This document shows, piece after piece, positions 40,660 to 55,268 of a stretch of DNA of 64,000 nt. The translations under genes were made by a program, and so were the position numbers. The notes below the pieces were generated by a model that was not told the DNA's origin, made no database searches, and saw nothing but the letters and a program-made list of their open reading frames with translations. Every line of letters starts with the position of its first letter. The first letter of the stretch is position 1. Origin of the DNA: Flaccisagitta enflata (taxonomy: Eukaryota); assembly GCA_965153355.1 (NCBI GenBank), contig OZ231126.1, positions 45,694,001 through 45,758,000 on the forward strand, given 5' to 3'.

Positions 40660-41009
40660 CTCTTATTTCTTTTCATAAGAACTTCACTATTTGAGCGAGC
40701 TTTCAATGTTCTTAAATTTTAGGCACAACACAAATTTTAACCTTCAATTAAAAACGTTTTTTATTGGTTTGAATGAAACCATTATAAAAAGAAAAGGAAT
40801 TACAAAATCATGCCCTAGTTTTTTATGTTCAATGAAATTATGAAGTTTTTTTTATATTTTTAGCATGTTCTTAAATTTTAAAGATAGCTTAATGTTCTTG
40901 AATTTTTAAAGAAATGAAGGCTTCCAGTGTTCTTAGCCTGTTCTTAAATTTTTGACGATCTCAGGTCTAACATTCTTATATACTTGGTTCTTATAAAAAG
41001 AAATAAGTG
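40660..41009. mobile_element. MITE with TA TSD (shortened copy; paralogue at 49808-50413)
   Basis: TA-CTCTTATTTCTTTTCATAAGAAC ... GTTCTTATAAAAAGAAATAAGTG-TA. Confidence 0.75.
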
Positions 41010-41379
41010 TATCACGCGCCTGGCCAAAACGCCTAACATGTGGCTGAAACGCATCACCTACGGTCGCGATAAAAAAAAGTTTGAATTTGTTATTTTTGAC
41101 GCTGTGAGAAAAAATGTTCAATGAGATTGCAGGTAGACTGGTGGGGGTGGTTTGACTTCCCAAAATCTTCTGAGACTTTACAGCGTAATAGACAAGGTCA
41201 TGATATGTTACCATACAAAAAATCAAGTCAATCGGTCAATTCTTCTCTGAGTAGTGGCCTTTCAAAGTTTTGATAAGAAAAGTGACAATGAGTTCAATTC
41301 GCGGTTTCGCGGTTTCGATCAGTGCGCAGGACTGCTCATTAAGAACATAATAGCTTTCGTTTCCCGTTGCAGGTAGACT

Positions 41380-41454
41380 GGCGACATGGCCAAACGGTTG
41401 TGTTGTTGGATCTCAGATAATCGGGTTGCAGTTTCGAATCCGGACACATCACCA
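41380..41454 (+). pseudogene. tRNA-Arg-derived relic (tRNA pseudogene or SINE-type head)
   Basis: A-box-like TGGCCAAACGG, TTGCAGTTTCGAATCC B-box-like, followed by TTTTT. Stems are poorly paired. Confidence 0.55.
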
Positions 41455-41635
41455 TTTTTGAAAACCAGACATTTCAGTAAAAGTAGGGAAAGAGGGGCGA
41501 AGGGGAGCCACGTGAGAGGAAATTAGTGGCGGCGAGGGTGAGCAAAGGTCAAAGAGCAGTAAAGAAAAGAGAATTAAAAGCTTATTTGTCTGAAAATATT
41601 TGAATCAAATTCTGAGCCCGGCAAAGGAAAAGTCC

Positions 41636-41718
<83 letters not shown>

Positions 41719-41743
41719 CAGACAGACAGACAGACAGACAGTC

Positions 41744-41839
<96 letters not shown>

Positions 41840-42217
41840 CGACAGACAGACAAACAAATAGAGACAGAGAATAAAAAACAGAAAAATAAAGAGAGAGAAT
41901 CCTATCCCGCGATTTCCTTCAAACGAATCACGGGCAGAAATGGGAGGAGGGGGACGAGGAGGAGGCACGTCTTCTCCTTTGAACGAGATGAGGAAGAGCG
42001 GGAAATTTGGGATGAGGAATGTCCGAAGCTGAGAGAGAAAAAAAGACCGATTTGTGAGTCTTGAATTTTCTGGAGTCTCCTTTTACCCATCTTAGAAATT
42101 CGACATTGTTTTAATGTTTCTTTTGTTGTTTGACTATTTACTAGACAACTGATGGTAAATAACATTCATTCAATTTTGAAATTTCAAAAAAAATTTATAG
42201 TCTTACCCCGCCTCATA

Positions 42218-42356
<139 letters not shown>

Positions 42357-43066
42357 GCGTCTCGCTGTCCCGTACACTTAGTCAACATTCAAAATGGAAT
42401 CATCTGTTATGGTGCTCAACTGCTCATAGCAGTACCCACCATCAAGCGTTTGGTACGGATAAAATAAAAAGGCCGGATACACGACCCCTCAGTCGCGTGA
42501 ATTTGGGCACTAGCAGTATTAAACAGGCAAACGATCAAGGTTACAAGTCGATGGACGGACCGATGCAGAGTAGGGCTGACTGACCAACCGACCGACCGAT
42601 CTAACCATCCACCAACTTGTAGAGTCACGGCCGCGCTACAAAAAAACGCGTGTTGTCACTCTATTTTCCAAACTACTTTGCACTCATTTTGTCTTGTTTC
42701 TTTCAAATGTAAGAAGAAAAAAAACATCTCGTTCCACCCGCCAAAACATTGGAAGATAATGCGTTCACATTCACAAGAATCATCTTGATAGCACTAAAAA
42801 ACAGCATGAACCCAGTATAACTCTTGAACAGGCTTGATGATCGTTACTTGGTGTTTACGACATATTTTTCGATCGCTTTTTTTAGCTTCTCATTTTTAAA
42901 TGGGGATTTTCAAACTAAAGAAAAGAAGAGAAAAAAAAAGCCAGAAAGAACTAGATGAAGAATAAAAAAGAAATGAAAGAGAAAACCCGAGAGGCACAGT
43001 TTTTGACTCAATCATTTCTTAGTTTCGACCGAAATGTAATGGGAGGGGGAGAGGGGGTGTTGTTGA

Positions 43067-43101
<35 letters not shown>

Positions 43102-43368
43102 GAGAGAGAGAGAGACAGAGAGAGACAGAGAGAGAGAGACCGGACCTAACCCGGTTTGCCGTGTATATAATTTTGTGGCAGCCAACATCTAGATTCGAAC
43201 ACTTGCTGGTGTGTTTTTGTTACCCGCTTTCAGTATAGCCTAAATTGGTCTACGGGATTGATCGTGAACAATAATGGAAGATATCTTAAAGAGAAAGAGA
43301 GGGAGAGGGAGGGGGAAGGGGGATTCGTTTTTGGAGGTTTTGGAAAAGACTAGGTTTCTACCCTATCT

Positions 43369-43660
43369 TTTTAGATGCGTCCTCGCATCTCTATAAGAGG
43401 GTCTGTCGGACCGTCCGTCCGTCCGTCCATCCGTCCGTTCGTCAGTCCGTAATGCCTGTGCAAAAACCGCGTTTCTCGGCTGTTTTTGGCCTTGGTGAGA
43501 TCCTATACTGAATCAAATTATCGACAAACATGTTTTGAGTCTCCTTCACTACTCAGTTGTTGCATCTGTCAGTTCGTCCATCTGTCTCTCCATTCATGTC
43601 ACATGTTCAATACACGCAGAGACACAGTCCGGACGCATCGTTACCCGGTCGGGCTTGTTT
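43369..43660 (+). mobile_element. HINE-like element (AGATGCG variant)
   Basis: AGATGCGTCCTCGCATCT, (GTCC)n, 3' GACGCATC, hairpin CCCG-GT-CGGG, CTTGTTT. Confidence 0.8.
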
Positions 43661-44249
43661 TCTTGATGTTAAGCACAGTGAATAATCTAATTTTCCAAAT
43701 TGATCCTTGGTTTCGAAGACTCTTTTAGATAGTTGTTATCATTTCAAAAGATGTGATGCCAATTACAAAATTTGTTGCACACCCTGTTCTAAAGGTTTAC
43801 CAAGTATTCATTCAGGGCTGGGGCAGTGAGGCAATAACCAGTTAACCACCCATCAACGCCAAATGGGCAACGTGTTACAGAGAGACATACAAAGCAACCA
43901 ATTGACACACCCACCGACATAGCAGAATATAGATTTAGGTGTAGACGACTGATGACAATGCTTGATGGAAAATTCAGACATATCGAGTTCAGTTGAGAAT
44001 ATTTGAAAATGAACTGGACAAGTAGAAACACTCAAGATTTCAATTTTCATCAATGTCATCTGCCTTTTGTTTTTTTCCTTGTTATCACATTTGTGAGTTC
44101 AGTGGGTCATTTTTTCTTCTTTATCTCATCTTTTTTTCTTTTTCTTGTTCTTGTTCTTCTTTTTTGATGCGTTTCGATCATCGGCCTGAGATTTGATGAG
44201 CTTCGCCTTGTTTGCGTTTGAAATGAACCAGGAGTGATATACCGACACA

Positions 44250-44303
<54 letters not shown>

Positions 44304-44633
44304 CTTTGATATTGACTTGTTATGCCTTTTTAGACTGTGGTTGTTGACAGTAATATTTCTAAAGTGTTAATCACGATCCAGAATGGTTACGTCAGAAAAC
44401 TTCGGTTTACTGCGTGTTGTGCCCTCCCATCCTCCCCCCCACCCACCCACACACACCCTGAAGATGAAGAAAAGGTAAAGCCATACTAAATTATTTTCTT
44501 TTATGCCTCTCTGTGATTTCAGACTGTAAGTTAAATCATTTGAAAGTTAAAATCATTCAAAGACTGAATCAACTGAGTCCCACTAAAGTCGCCAGCAGAA
44601 TGCAAAAATTCCCCCCTTCCCTGTCTTTTTTTT

Positions 44634-44734
<101 letters not shown>

Positions 44735-45192
44735 CTTTCCATGACTCAGGTTCTCATTTCTTCGTTTTCGTCATGCCTTCTTTTTTCACGAATGCCCCTT
44801 CCTCTTCATCCTCCCACTCCTCCTCATCCTCATCCTCCACATCTTAGGTCACTTCCTCATCATTTGTCCCATCCTCTTCATCTCATCATGCCCCTCCTCC
44901 TCCTCCTATCGCTCCTCTCTCACTTCTTCTTCCCCATCCTGAGATCACACAGCACCTCGTCTCTCGTTCTCTCTCGTTCTCGTGTTTGTGAGTTCAATTC
45001 CCGTTCCTGGCTTCGTCTTCTCTATTTCTCCGTAAGTCTTATGTATGATGTGTTTTTTTTCCTTCTCTCTTACTCTTCTTCTTCTTCTTCTTCCTTTTTT
45101 TTCCTCTCTTTTCCTTCCTTCCTTTTTTTCTAGAGAAAAGAAAAAGATATTCCTCCTCATCTCTTCTTCACTCTCGTGAAAACCGCGCGTGA

Positions 45193-45291
<99 letters not shown>

Positions 45292-45384
45292 CCATTTCTT
45301 ACATTTTCCTTTTTTTCCCTCTCCCCCTTTCTTTTCCGCGCTTCCTCCCCTGTATATCATTCTCCCTCACTCTTTCAGTCTGTG

Positions 45385-45509
<125 letters not shown>

Positions 45510-45801
45510 CTTTTACTCCGTGTCTATGTCTCTGTCTCAATCTCACTCACTCTCGCTCTCGTTCCCTTCACGTTCATCGCGTCGACTCTGTCTCGCGCGA
45601 GCTCGCAATTTTCCTTTCGTTTCCGTCGACGTGAAATTTTCCTTCTGGAAGACAATTCCATTCTCCTTCAATCTCACTTTCACTCTCGCCTTTAATCTCA
45701 ATCTCGCTCTCGCCTTCGCTCTCACTCTCACACTGGCTCCTCACTCTCGGTCTTTCCCTTTGTACTCACGTCACAATCACTGTTTTGTTTCGTTTGTATT
45801 T

Positions 45802-45832
<31 letters not shown>

Positions 45833-47204
45833 CTTTTTTTTTTGTTACATTTGTTCCTACTCTCTTGATTTCTCATCATGAAAAAGAAAAGTCTCTGGAA
45901 CCTCGATGTCTATTTCTATTTGTCTCTACTTCGTCCGTTTCGCTGAATCGACGAGGGGAAAGAAAAAGACACCAAGAAAGTTAACCCGCTAACTTGGACA
46001 TTAAGTATGAAAATAGACGAAGTATGGAAATAATTAGTTTGCAAGTGTCAAACACTTTTCCGTTATCAAATGACGTAGGAAACAAAAACACGAAATTGGA
46101 GAAGGTGAAAAAGGAAGAAATAACCAGAACAAAACAGAACAAAAACAACAAAAAAACTAAACAAAAGAGAAAAAACATGTGAGCTGAATGTCATTGGAAA
46201 GGCTTCAATTTCCAATAACATCATTGAGACGGGAGTAAATATGGCCTGATCCTGGATTCTGGATGTTGACGACGATGGCAGCGTGGATCACAACGATGAC
46301 CATGTTGATGACAATTACGTCGATAGAAAAGATGACAATGTTGATAAATTCATCACTTGCGGAACCAAAGTGACCCCAGTTTCGATTCGGACAATCGATA
46401 CTTAGGCTCATTCTTCTCAACGCTTCGAAATAATTGGAAATGGAATGACGTAAATTCAGAATCTAAAAACAATCGTCGTCATTCGCAGGCCAAGTGGAGG
46501 AATAAAATGAGAAATGCAAATTGAATAATAACGAAAATATTGATAATGATATTAACGTATATCAACTAATACTCCTCTTCGCCTCACCGCAACCGACGCG
46601 ACGAGTATAAACATATTTGATACTTCCTCTCTTTTTTTTTCTTCTTGAAAAACGACGGCAATAAACCAAATTCCCACCACTTGACCACCGCCGAACCACC
46701 CCTTAGAAAAGCGAAAAAGAGACAGAGAAAGAGAGAGGAGAAAGAAAGAAAAGAAGATATCACCGATACACGAGTATTACAATTAACCATTAATCCATTA
46801 TCAATCAAAAGCAACCAATCACGCGATCACGATCGCGATCGCCAATCATCGATCAGTCTCTTCTTTTCCCAAGCTTCGTCGATTGATACTCATGATTACG
46901 ATTATTCTTTCATTTTTAGTTCCTGTCGCAATTCTGGATTGAGCTTTTGTATGAAATTGATCCGGTGCGAGTGACTGTCTCTGTCGTTGACACCATCGTC
47001 GTCAAGTCGTCATCGTCGTCGTCGTCGTCATCGTTATCACCTATCCCTACATAGTCGTCATAATCGTAAAGGTCGTCATCGTCACCGTAATCATCGTCAT
47101 CGTCATTTTCGACTTGTGTGACGTGAGGTTTTGTGAGTCGAACGGAAGCTGCCTTTAAAAGCGAAAAAAGCCTTTGGTCTCCGCCCGACTTCACCTTCAC
47201 ATTC

Positions 47205-47305
<101 letters not shown>

Positions 47306-49361
47306 TTCTTCCCACTCTGGCTTGGTTCATTCAAATCTAATTTACATCTTTCCAGCTTTGGTCAATAGTCAATACAGATTTCGCATTTTCAACCTCGACT
47401 TCACTCGTTCAAAATATTCACGTTCGGAATGTTTTTTTTTCTTTCTTTCATAATCTCATTGAAATTCATAATTCATATGATATTTCTCCGACTTGAAGAG
47501 AAAAGATATGTATCGACGGTTAAGCTTAGTTTTAATAGCAGTCCGAGCTCCGAGTCGACGTTAGCAGTGTGACTTCGTCCCAATTCGTCTCCGTCTAATT
47601 TCATTAAAGATTCCTAATTCAATTTTTCTTTTACCTTTTCCCTAGATTCATTCGGGGAAGGAGAAGCAGAAGTGGAGAAAGTCAGCTACCGCATACACGA
47701 CTATTTTGTGGTAATCCATCACCAACACTCTGATAAAAAGAATTACAACCGCTGGTAAAATTTATTTACTCCATCTTTTATGAAGTTCGATGAAAGTGAA
47801 AATGAAATTAAAAATCTGATTAATAAAAAAATCATCATCTATGGAGAATATGTGACACCCTCAGGAACGAAAAAAAAACAAGCAAAAAGAGTATTCTTCG
47901 TACTTCCAAAAGTCATTCAACTCGTGATCTTTGAAAACAAAAATCAAATCTCCCCAGCATAAATGTCTCAACGATTATCATGTTGAATCTCACTCTTACT
48001 CTTACGCGATGAAGAAGTGATTCTAGGCCATAGACTCAAAATCGTACATGCGACTCTGCGCACAAGCGCGCGCGCGCGTGTGTGTGTGTGTGTCTGTGTG
48101 TGCTATCGCACGTATAGTGCAGATGCGACATTTAATCATACAGAAAACAAAGTGAAAAAGAAAAAAAAACAAACGCGAAGTAGATTCCAGTGACAAAATG
48201 CTTCAATGTGAAATGCCGCCCTTGACTAGCAATGGGATGAGTATGGCTCGCTGTGGCCGAAGGAAACAACCAAATCCGAAAAAGAAGAACGAGCTTAATG
48301 GTAAGTTTTTAAAAAAATATTATATAGTGAACAAACGAATTAAAAAAAAAACACACACACAAAAAAACAGAGGCCTGACTATTATCCTTTAGTAATTTCT
48401 TTCCACGATTACCAACAGAGCAGTCATTCATTTAAAGTCATTCTTCGTCGTGTTTTTCTTGGGTTTTCCCTTCTGCTTTTACCTCATCCGTGTTTCATCA
48501 CCTCGGTTGTGATTCTTTATGTGTGTGTGGTGGGGGGCGGAAGGGGCAGAGGGTGCGCATGCTTGACTGGGTGCGTGTGTAGCAGGATTGTGCACATGTT
48601 TTACAAAAATGAAAGTAAATATGATATAAAACAAAAATTAAACTATTGTGGACATCAGTTTCACCATGGGACTTCTTTGCTTTTGTCCCCCGTGCCATTC
48701 CCCCCCCCCCAACCAAGACGTTTTGTCTATTCCTCTAACCCAGGCCCATCTTGGCCCCTCCTACTCATCCCTCCCATTTCCCCAGACAGAGACTGTTTCT
48801 CTTGAGAGAGGAATTTTGTCGAAAAGAAAAGAAAAATATAAGAATAATCGGGAAAGAAAGAAAGAAAAAAAGACGGGAAATTCCGTTCTCACCTGTTTAT
48901 GTAAACTAAGCTTGATTTATAATTTTTCATTCGTCTTCTTATTCAACAGATATACTCTGAATTTCAAATCAACACTCCCTCAACACAAAAGAAAAAAAAT
49001 GTTTTCTCAAAAAAAAAAAAAAAAAGAGAAAAAGAAAAGAACGTATACAAGTTTGAAAATATCATGCACCTAAATTGTTTAGATTTGATTTTCAGAAAAG
49101 CTTGTAGATTTGAATTACCATTGAGACAAAGAATGAAGAAAACACAGGACCTTGGTGTCATCTATTAAAATACAGACATTGGACTTTTCCTTTGCCGGGC
49201 TCAGAATTTAATTCAAATATTTTCAGACAAATAAGCTTTTAATTCTCATTTCTTTACTGCTCTTTGACCTTTGCTCACCCTCGCCGCCACCAATTTCCTC
49301 TCACGTGGCTCCCCTTCACCCCTCTTTCCCTACTTTTACTGAAATGTCTGGTTCCTAAAAA

Positions 49362-49436
49362 TGATGAACCTCCCGGGTTCGAAACTGCAACCCAACTATC
49401 TGAAATCCAACAACATAACCATTAGGCCACGTCTCC
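49362..49436 (-). pseudogene. tRNA-Arg-derived relic, paralogue of 41380-41454
   Basis: Minus strand reads GGAGACGTGGCCTAATGGTTA..TTGGATTTCAGA..TTGCAGTTTCGAACCC, close to the eukaryotic tRNA-Arg(TCG) pattern GTGGCCTAATGGATA..CTTCGGA..TTGCAGGTTCGA. Confidence 0.6.
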
Positions 49437-49807
49437 AGTCTGCCCTATCACAGAAACGAAAGCTATTAGTTTCTTAATGAGCAGTCCTGCGCACTGATCG
49501 AAACCGCAAAACCGCGAATTGAAGTCATCGTCACTTTTCTTATCAAAACTTTGGAAGGCCACTACTCAGAGAAGAATTGACCGATTTACTTGATTTTTTG
49601 TATGGTAACATATCATGACCTTGTCTATTACGCAGTAAAGTCTAAGAAGATTTTGATAAGTCAAACCACCCCAACCGGTCTACCTGCAATCTCATTGAAC
49701 ATTTTTTCTCACAGCGTCAAAAATAAAAAAATTCAGACTTTTTTTTATCACGACCGTAGGTGGTGCGTTTCAGCCACATGTTAGGCGTTTTGGCCAGGCG
49801 CGTGATA

Positions 49808-50413
49808 CACTTATTTCTTTTTATAAGAACCAAGTATATAAGAACGTTAGGCCTAAGATTGTCAAAAATTTAAGAACATGCTAAGAACACTGGAAGCCTT
49901 CATTTCTTCAAAAATTCAAGAACATTAAGGTTAAAATCTTTAAAAATTTAAGAACATGCTAAGAATATAAAAAAAGCTTCATTATTTCATTGAACATAAA
50001 AAACTAGGGCACAATTTTGTAATTCCTTTTCTTTTTAGTCCCGGACTAGCGACTCTATAGGAGGCTTTGTCCATCCGTCCGTTGGTCGGTCGGTTGGTCC
50101 GTGGTGATAGAGTTGAGACGGTGAAAAACGCGCATTTCTGCCCCTGCCCACTTGTCCGCGACTGGTATTAGTTGTGTATCCGGCCTAGTTATAATGGTTT
50201 TACTCTATTTTCATTCACTAATAATTTCAAACATGCAGCTTTGTTTCATTGACATTTACCCTCAATTTTTCCTAGAAAACAAATTCAATATGTTATTGTT
50301 ATTGTGTTTAAATTAAGAACAATTTGAAAATGTTTAAGCCTCGAAACTGCATAAAATTTAAGAACATTGAAAGCTCGCTCAAATAGTGACGTTCTTATAA
50401 AAAGAAATAAGTG
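49808..50413. mobile_element. MITE with TA TSD containing a nested HINE-like element
   Basis: TA-CACTTATTTCTTTTTATAAGAAC ... GTTCTTATAAAAAGAAATAAGTG-TA. Confidence 0.85.
50035..50190 (+). mobile_element. Short HINE-like element, absent from paralogous site
   Basis: AGTCCCGGACTAGCGACT ... CGCGACT ... GTGTATCCGGCCTAGTT. The empty site CTTTTCTTTTTATAATGG is seen (as revcomp) near 40779-40796. Confidence 0.8.
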
Positions 50414-50751
50414 TACTTTTCATTTTTTTTTAATCGCGTGTGATTGCTGTGCAAGACACATTATGGCCACGTGGTACACATTACAGCTGTGCAGGTTGCA
50501 TTATAGTCGCAAGGGACACACTATGGCTGCAATGAGCGCATAACGGCCGCAAGGAGCGCATTACGGCCGCGAGAAGCGCATAACGGCCGCAAGGAACGCA
50601 TTACGGCCGCAAGGAGGGCATTACGGCCGCAAGAAGCGCATTACGGCTGAGTAGGACGCATCCCGTCCTCAGCGACCAAATCCAAAGTTTTGCAACCTAT
50701 TTTCAACTTAAAGGATCTGGTCCTGGCCTCAGTGACTTAACCCTGACATCG

Positions 50752-51589
50752 GCGACCTAATCCCAGCCTCAGCGACCTAATCCCAGCCTCAGCGATGTAA
50801 TCTAGGCCTCAGCGACCTTATCCCGGCCTCAGCGACCTTATCCCGGCCTCAGCGACCTTATCCCGGCCTCAGCGACCTTATCCCGGCCTCAGCGACCTTA
50901 TCCCCGCCTCAGCGACCTTATCCCCGCCTCAGCGACCTTATCCCCGCCTCAGCGACCTTATCCCCGCCTCAGCGACCTTATCCCCGCCTCAGCGACCTTA
51001 TCCCCGCCTCAGCGACCTTATCCCCGCCTCAGCGACCTTATCCCCGCCTCAGCGACCTTATCCCCGCCTCAGCGACCTTATCCCCGCCTCAGCGACCTTA
51101 TCCCCGCCTCAGCGACCTTATCCCCGCCTCAGCGACCTTATCCCCGCCTCAGCGACCTTATCCCGGCCTCAGCGACCTTATCCCGGCCTCAGCGACCTTA
51201 TCCCGGCCTCAGCGACCTTATCCCGGCCTCAGCGACCTTATCCCGGCCTCAGCGACCTTATCCCGGCCTCAGCGACCTTATCCCGGCCTCAGCGACCTTA
51301 TCCCGGCCTCAGCGACCTTATCCCGGCCTCAACGACCTTATCCCGGCCTCAACGACCTTATCCCGGCCTCAACGACCTTATCCCGGCCTCAGCGACCTTA
51401 TCCCGGCCTCAGCGACCTTATCCCAGCCTCAGCGACCTTATCCCGGCCTCAGCGACCTTATCCCGGCCTCAGCGACCTAATCCCGGCCTCAGCGACCTAA
51501 TCCCGGCCTCAGCGACCTAATCCCGGCCTCAGCGACCTAATCCCGGCCTCAGCGACCTAATCCCGGCTTCAGCCACCTAATCCCGGCCT
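50752..51589. repeat. 20-bp minisatellite (reverse complement of the 36281-38405 array)
   Basis: AGCGACCTTATCCC(G/C)GCCTC units. Confidence 0.95.
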
Positions 51590-51849
51590 GTCTGTCTACC
51601 TAACTTTTTTTGGAATTGTCGACGCACGCGACTTAGGTCTAACGATCTTGTTAACCTGGTTATGGTATGGCATGGCCTCAGTTTAGATCAACGACTGAAT
51701 AAGGACAAAGAATTAGCAAAGATTCATAAAATCAAGATTCTTGAATTAAACATCCATGAAGAAGAAATCAATTTTAAATTCAGAAAAAAAAGGAGAAAAT
51801 AGAAAAAAAAAACAGCCCAATATTGATGAAAAATAGCAAATGACGAATT

Positions 51850-52005
51850 TCACGTTTCCTCTTTTTTGACGCCGGTTTCCATTTCCGGCGTGATAATGTT
51901 CCACATTGTTGGCGACAAATATATCGGCAAAAGTGTTGCTGCCTGAAATTCTGTAAACATGAGCGTCAAGTTTGGCATTACAAGAATGAAAGATTGCTGC
52001 TGCAG

Positions 52006-52090
<85 letters not shown>

Positions 52091-52356
52091 AGTTTTCGTT
52101 TGTCAGACACGTGTTCTGCCGCGTTCTCCCAATCAACTTCCTCCTCCACTTCCTCCTGAGTCCTGTTCGCTTGACTCAAGAATTCGTGACTAGGCTTCAA
52201 TTGCTTCCTCCTGAAGTGCTAATTGAGGCCCGGGGGAATGGTGTAGCATTACGTAAGGGATGTTGTTTCTTCCATAGCGTCTTCTGCTCGGAGATTCGCA
52301 AGCAGTCGATCAACATCTCGCAGACGAGTTTCTGAAAAGCATTGGGTTGGAAACAT
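51850..52356 (-). pseudogene. Decayed coding-like frame with poly-Q (paralogue at about 35224-35680, + strand)
   Basis: One frame reads MFPTQCFSETRLRDVDRLLANLRAEDAMEETTSLT*CYTIPPGLN*HFRRKQLKPSHEFLSQANRTQEEVEEEVDWENAAEHVSDKRKL-polyQ. The second stop is CAG in copy 1. No homologue is recognised. Confidence 0.35.
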
Positions 52357-52376
52357 GGTAGTTAATATTCATGATT

Positions 52377-52419
<43 letters not shown>

Positions 52420-52541
52420 TTGTCGTCGTCGTCGTCGTCCTTCATTTCACATTTTTTGTATTCCTAAGTAAAAGTATCCTTTTAACTGAGCAATTCATTT
52501 CGCAGGATGGAAACATTACACACACACACACACGCACACAC

Positions 52542-52642
<101 letters not shown>

Positions 52643-53309
52643 GTAAAACCTATTTCGAAATTTTCCTCGAATTTTGGCAAACGCCGGGAACTCAAGAAAT
52701 ATTGATCATACCTAAAAACGCAAAGAACCTCAAAGAGGTTTCACCCTCCTCCATGAGTTTCCGCGGGCCGCCGCCTTTCAACCTCAGAAGTTTCGGAGTT
52801 AAAAAAATAAAAATGAAAAAGAAGAAAAGACGCAACGCTTCTTCGCAAGAATTCGATGCTCAAAGATACTCTGACAATCTAGCAACCAATTTTTCAAAGC
52901 AGCATTGGGAGTCACTGATGGGTTGTGAAAATGTAAATGGCGGTAGATAATTGGGGTACGAGAGAAGGGGTAAGTAAAGGCACGGCATAAATAACGCAAA
53001 GTATAGTATCTTCGTCGATATCTTTAAGGACCACGTTTAAACCCATTTCGAGTTTGTTTCATTACTGGCGAATCCTCCCCTGAAAGAAACAGTTTACCTT
53101 AGATGATTGAGTGGTGAAATTGATTGGCGGGCAAGGTGAGCTTGCACGATCGCAAAATTCCCCGTAAAAAATAGATACCTATTCTTTTTTATTTCTTTTT
53201 TTTTTCTTGATATTTTCGCCAAAAAGTGTTTTCATCCAATTTTCTCCCACGTAAAAACCGTCATGACCAGTCCATAGGCAGAGCGACAAACGAAAAAAAG
53301 GTCTTGAAG

Positions 53310-53421
<112 letters not shown>

Positions 53422-54255
53422 AGCCTCACTCCCTGTCCATACTTTACGAGAATTTTTTCTTTACAAAGCAGAGAAAAACATGACAAGAATTGGCCATTTT
53501 AATGCTGATTTTTGGTCTATTTCCCCCGGTACTACTTTTTTTCTCGAATCGCATGCCTTCTAGTTGTCTACCTGTAGATATTTCATTTTCGCTTTTTATC
53601 GAGAGAACATGAACCGAGAGAGCACTAACAAGTGAAAGTGAGAAAACCACGACATAGCGTGTCATGACGTGTATTTGCGTGTTGGATTGAAATCTATTTT
53701 TCTCCCTGAAACAAACGGCTGCTTTGAAGCCACCCACAATCACACATTTTTACTAAAAAAGAAACAAAAACAACCTATAATAGATATAGCAAACAAATAT
53801 ACAAGCAAATGTACAAAAGCGCTCACAATTTCATATAAACAGACAAAGATATTTTAAACCACGCAAAATGCAGAAACGGTTCTTTTTTTTCTGATGGCGA
53901 GTGTCTTTTGTTTTATAAGCCTTCGGTTTCCAGCCAAAAGAGAGAGACACAGACACACGCGGAAATCATTCAGTTTATAAATAAACATACAAAGGCGGTC
54001 TTTGTATACTTTTAAGAATGGTATAAAACGAGACGGCGGCGTCCCAAGAGGACGATCCGTCGCTCAAAACCTTCTCATCATTACCTTCGGGGGTCCCTTG
54101 GTCCCGCCACTCAGGTTTTCATTTGTCAAAACTTTGAAAAAAAAAATCAAATATAATTCTTCACGAACGAAGCTTTTTACTGAGATCATCCTTTGAGTAT
54201 TCATTCACTATCTGTTTGTCTTTTTATATGTATGATTTTTGTTCTTGCGTTGTCT

Positions 54256-54456
<201 letters not shown>

Positions 54457-54695
54457 CTTCCGTCACGAAAATGAGTACACAAAGGCAGGTGACTAGTGTG
54501 ACATTTTTTCCTGTGTTCGTGCGTCGGTCTCAGCTTTATCCCCGGGGTTACCACAGGGGGTTCCCCCGGAGGTAGTCATGAGTTTATCACTCACTGTCGC
54601 CCAAGAGTTTTACTATTTCGTATTACCTATTTGAATGTTTAAAAGCGTCTCTCTTCTCTCTTCTTCCTCTGTCTCTCTGTCTCTCTGTCTCTCTG

Positions 54696-54813
<118 letters not shown>

Positions 54814-55236
54814 CCGTTCGTGATACAGCGACAGGTGATGATGTGTTGAGTTAAAATTCGCTGGGGGTCTTCAACTATCTGTGCAGTCCATCCCTTCTTC
54901 TTTCTTTCGTCCCATCGGTCTGTACTTTTGTTTATTCATCTGTCCATACCAAATTAGCAACAACAGAAAAAAAATGTTTTGGTTGGATTGTGATGCATTG
55001 TTTTTCGTTGGTCTAATTTGAGATGCTTTACGATAAATGAGAGAGTCATAAATTACGTATAAAGGTGAAGAGAAATGTCCAAAGAATCGAGAACAGAGGC
55101 GGTCTTTGTCAGTACGAAATAAAACCCATGACGAGTTGACGGAATAAAAAAAGAAATAACGAGAAAAAGGCTTTATCTGACTTCTTTCCCCTTTTTAGTG
55201 ACCGTTAAGTTGGTTAGGCGTTATGTGATAGAATGT

Positions 55237-55268
<32 letters not shown>

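Larger units (their letters stand above)
34189..41639 (+). repeat. Copy 1 of a large inverted duplication
   Basis: Begins CATCAGTGACTCCCA and ends GGAAAAGTCCAATG. Collinear with the reverse complement of 49177-52920 apart from indels. (AG)n on both flanks. Confidence 0.92.

Noticed and set aside
46205-46462. Minus-strand open frame after a TTTTAG acceptor
   Set aside because: Openness is largely due to degenerate (GAT/GAC) repeats; no supporting partner exon or recognisable protein.
52185-52350. Histone H3-like words on the minus strand (AFQKLVCEM ... LALQEEAIEA)
   Set aside because: They lie in two different frames with a long gap and no C-terminal H3 helix, and a third frame runs through without frameshift. 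Likely coincidence; an HHpred search of the joined peptide would settle it.
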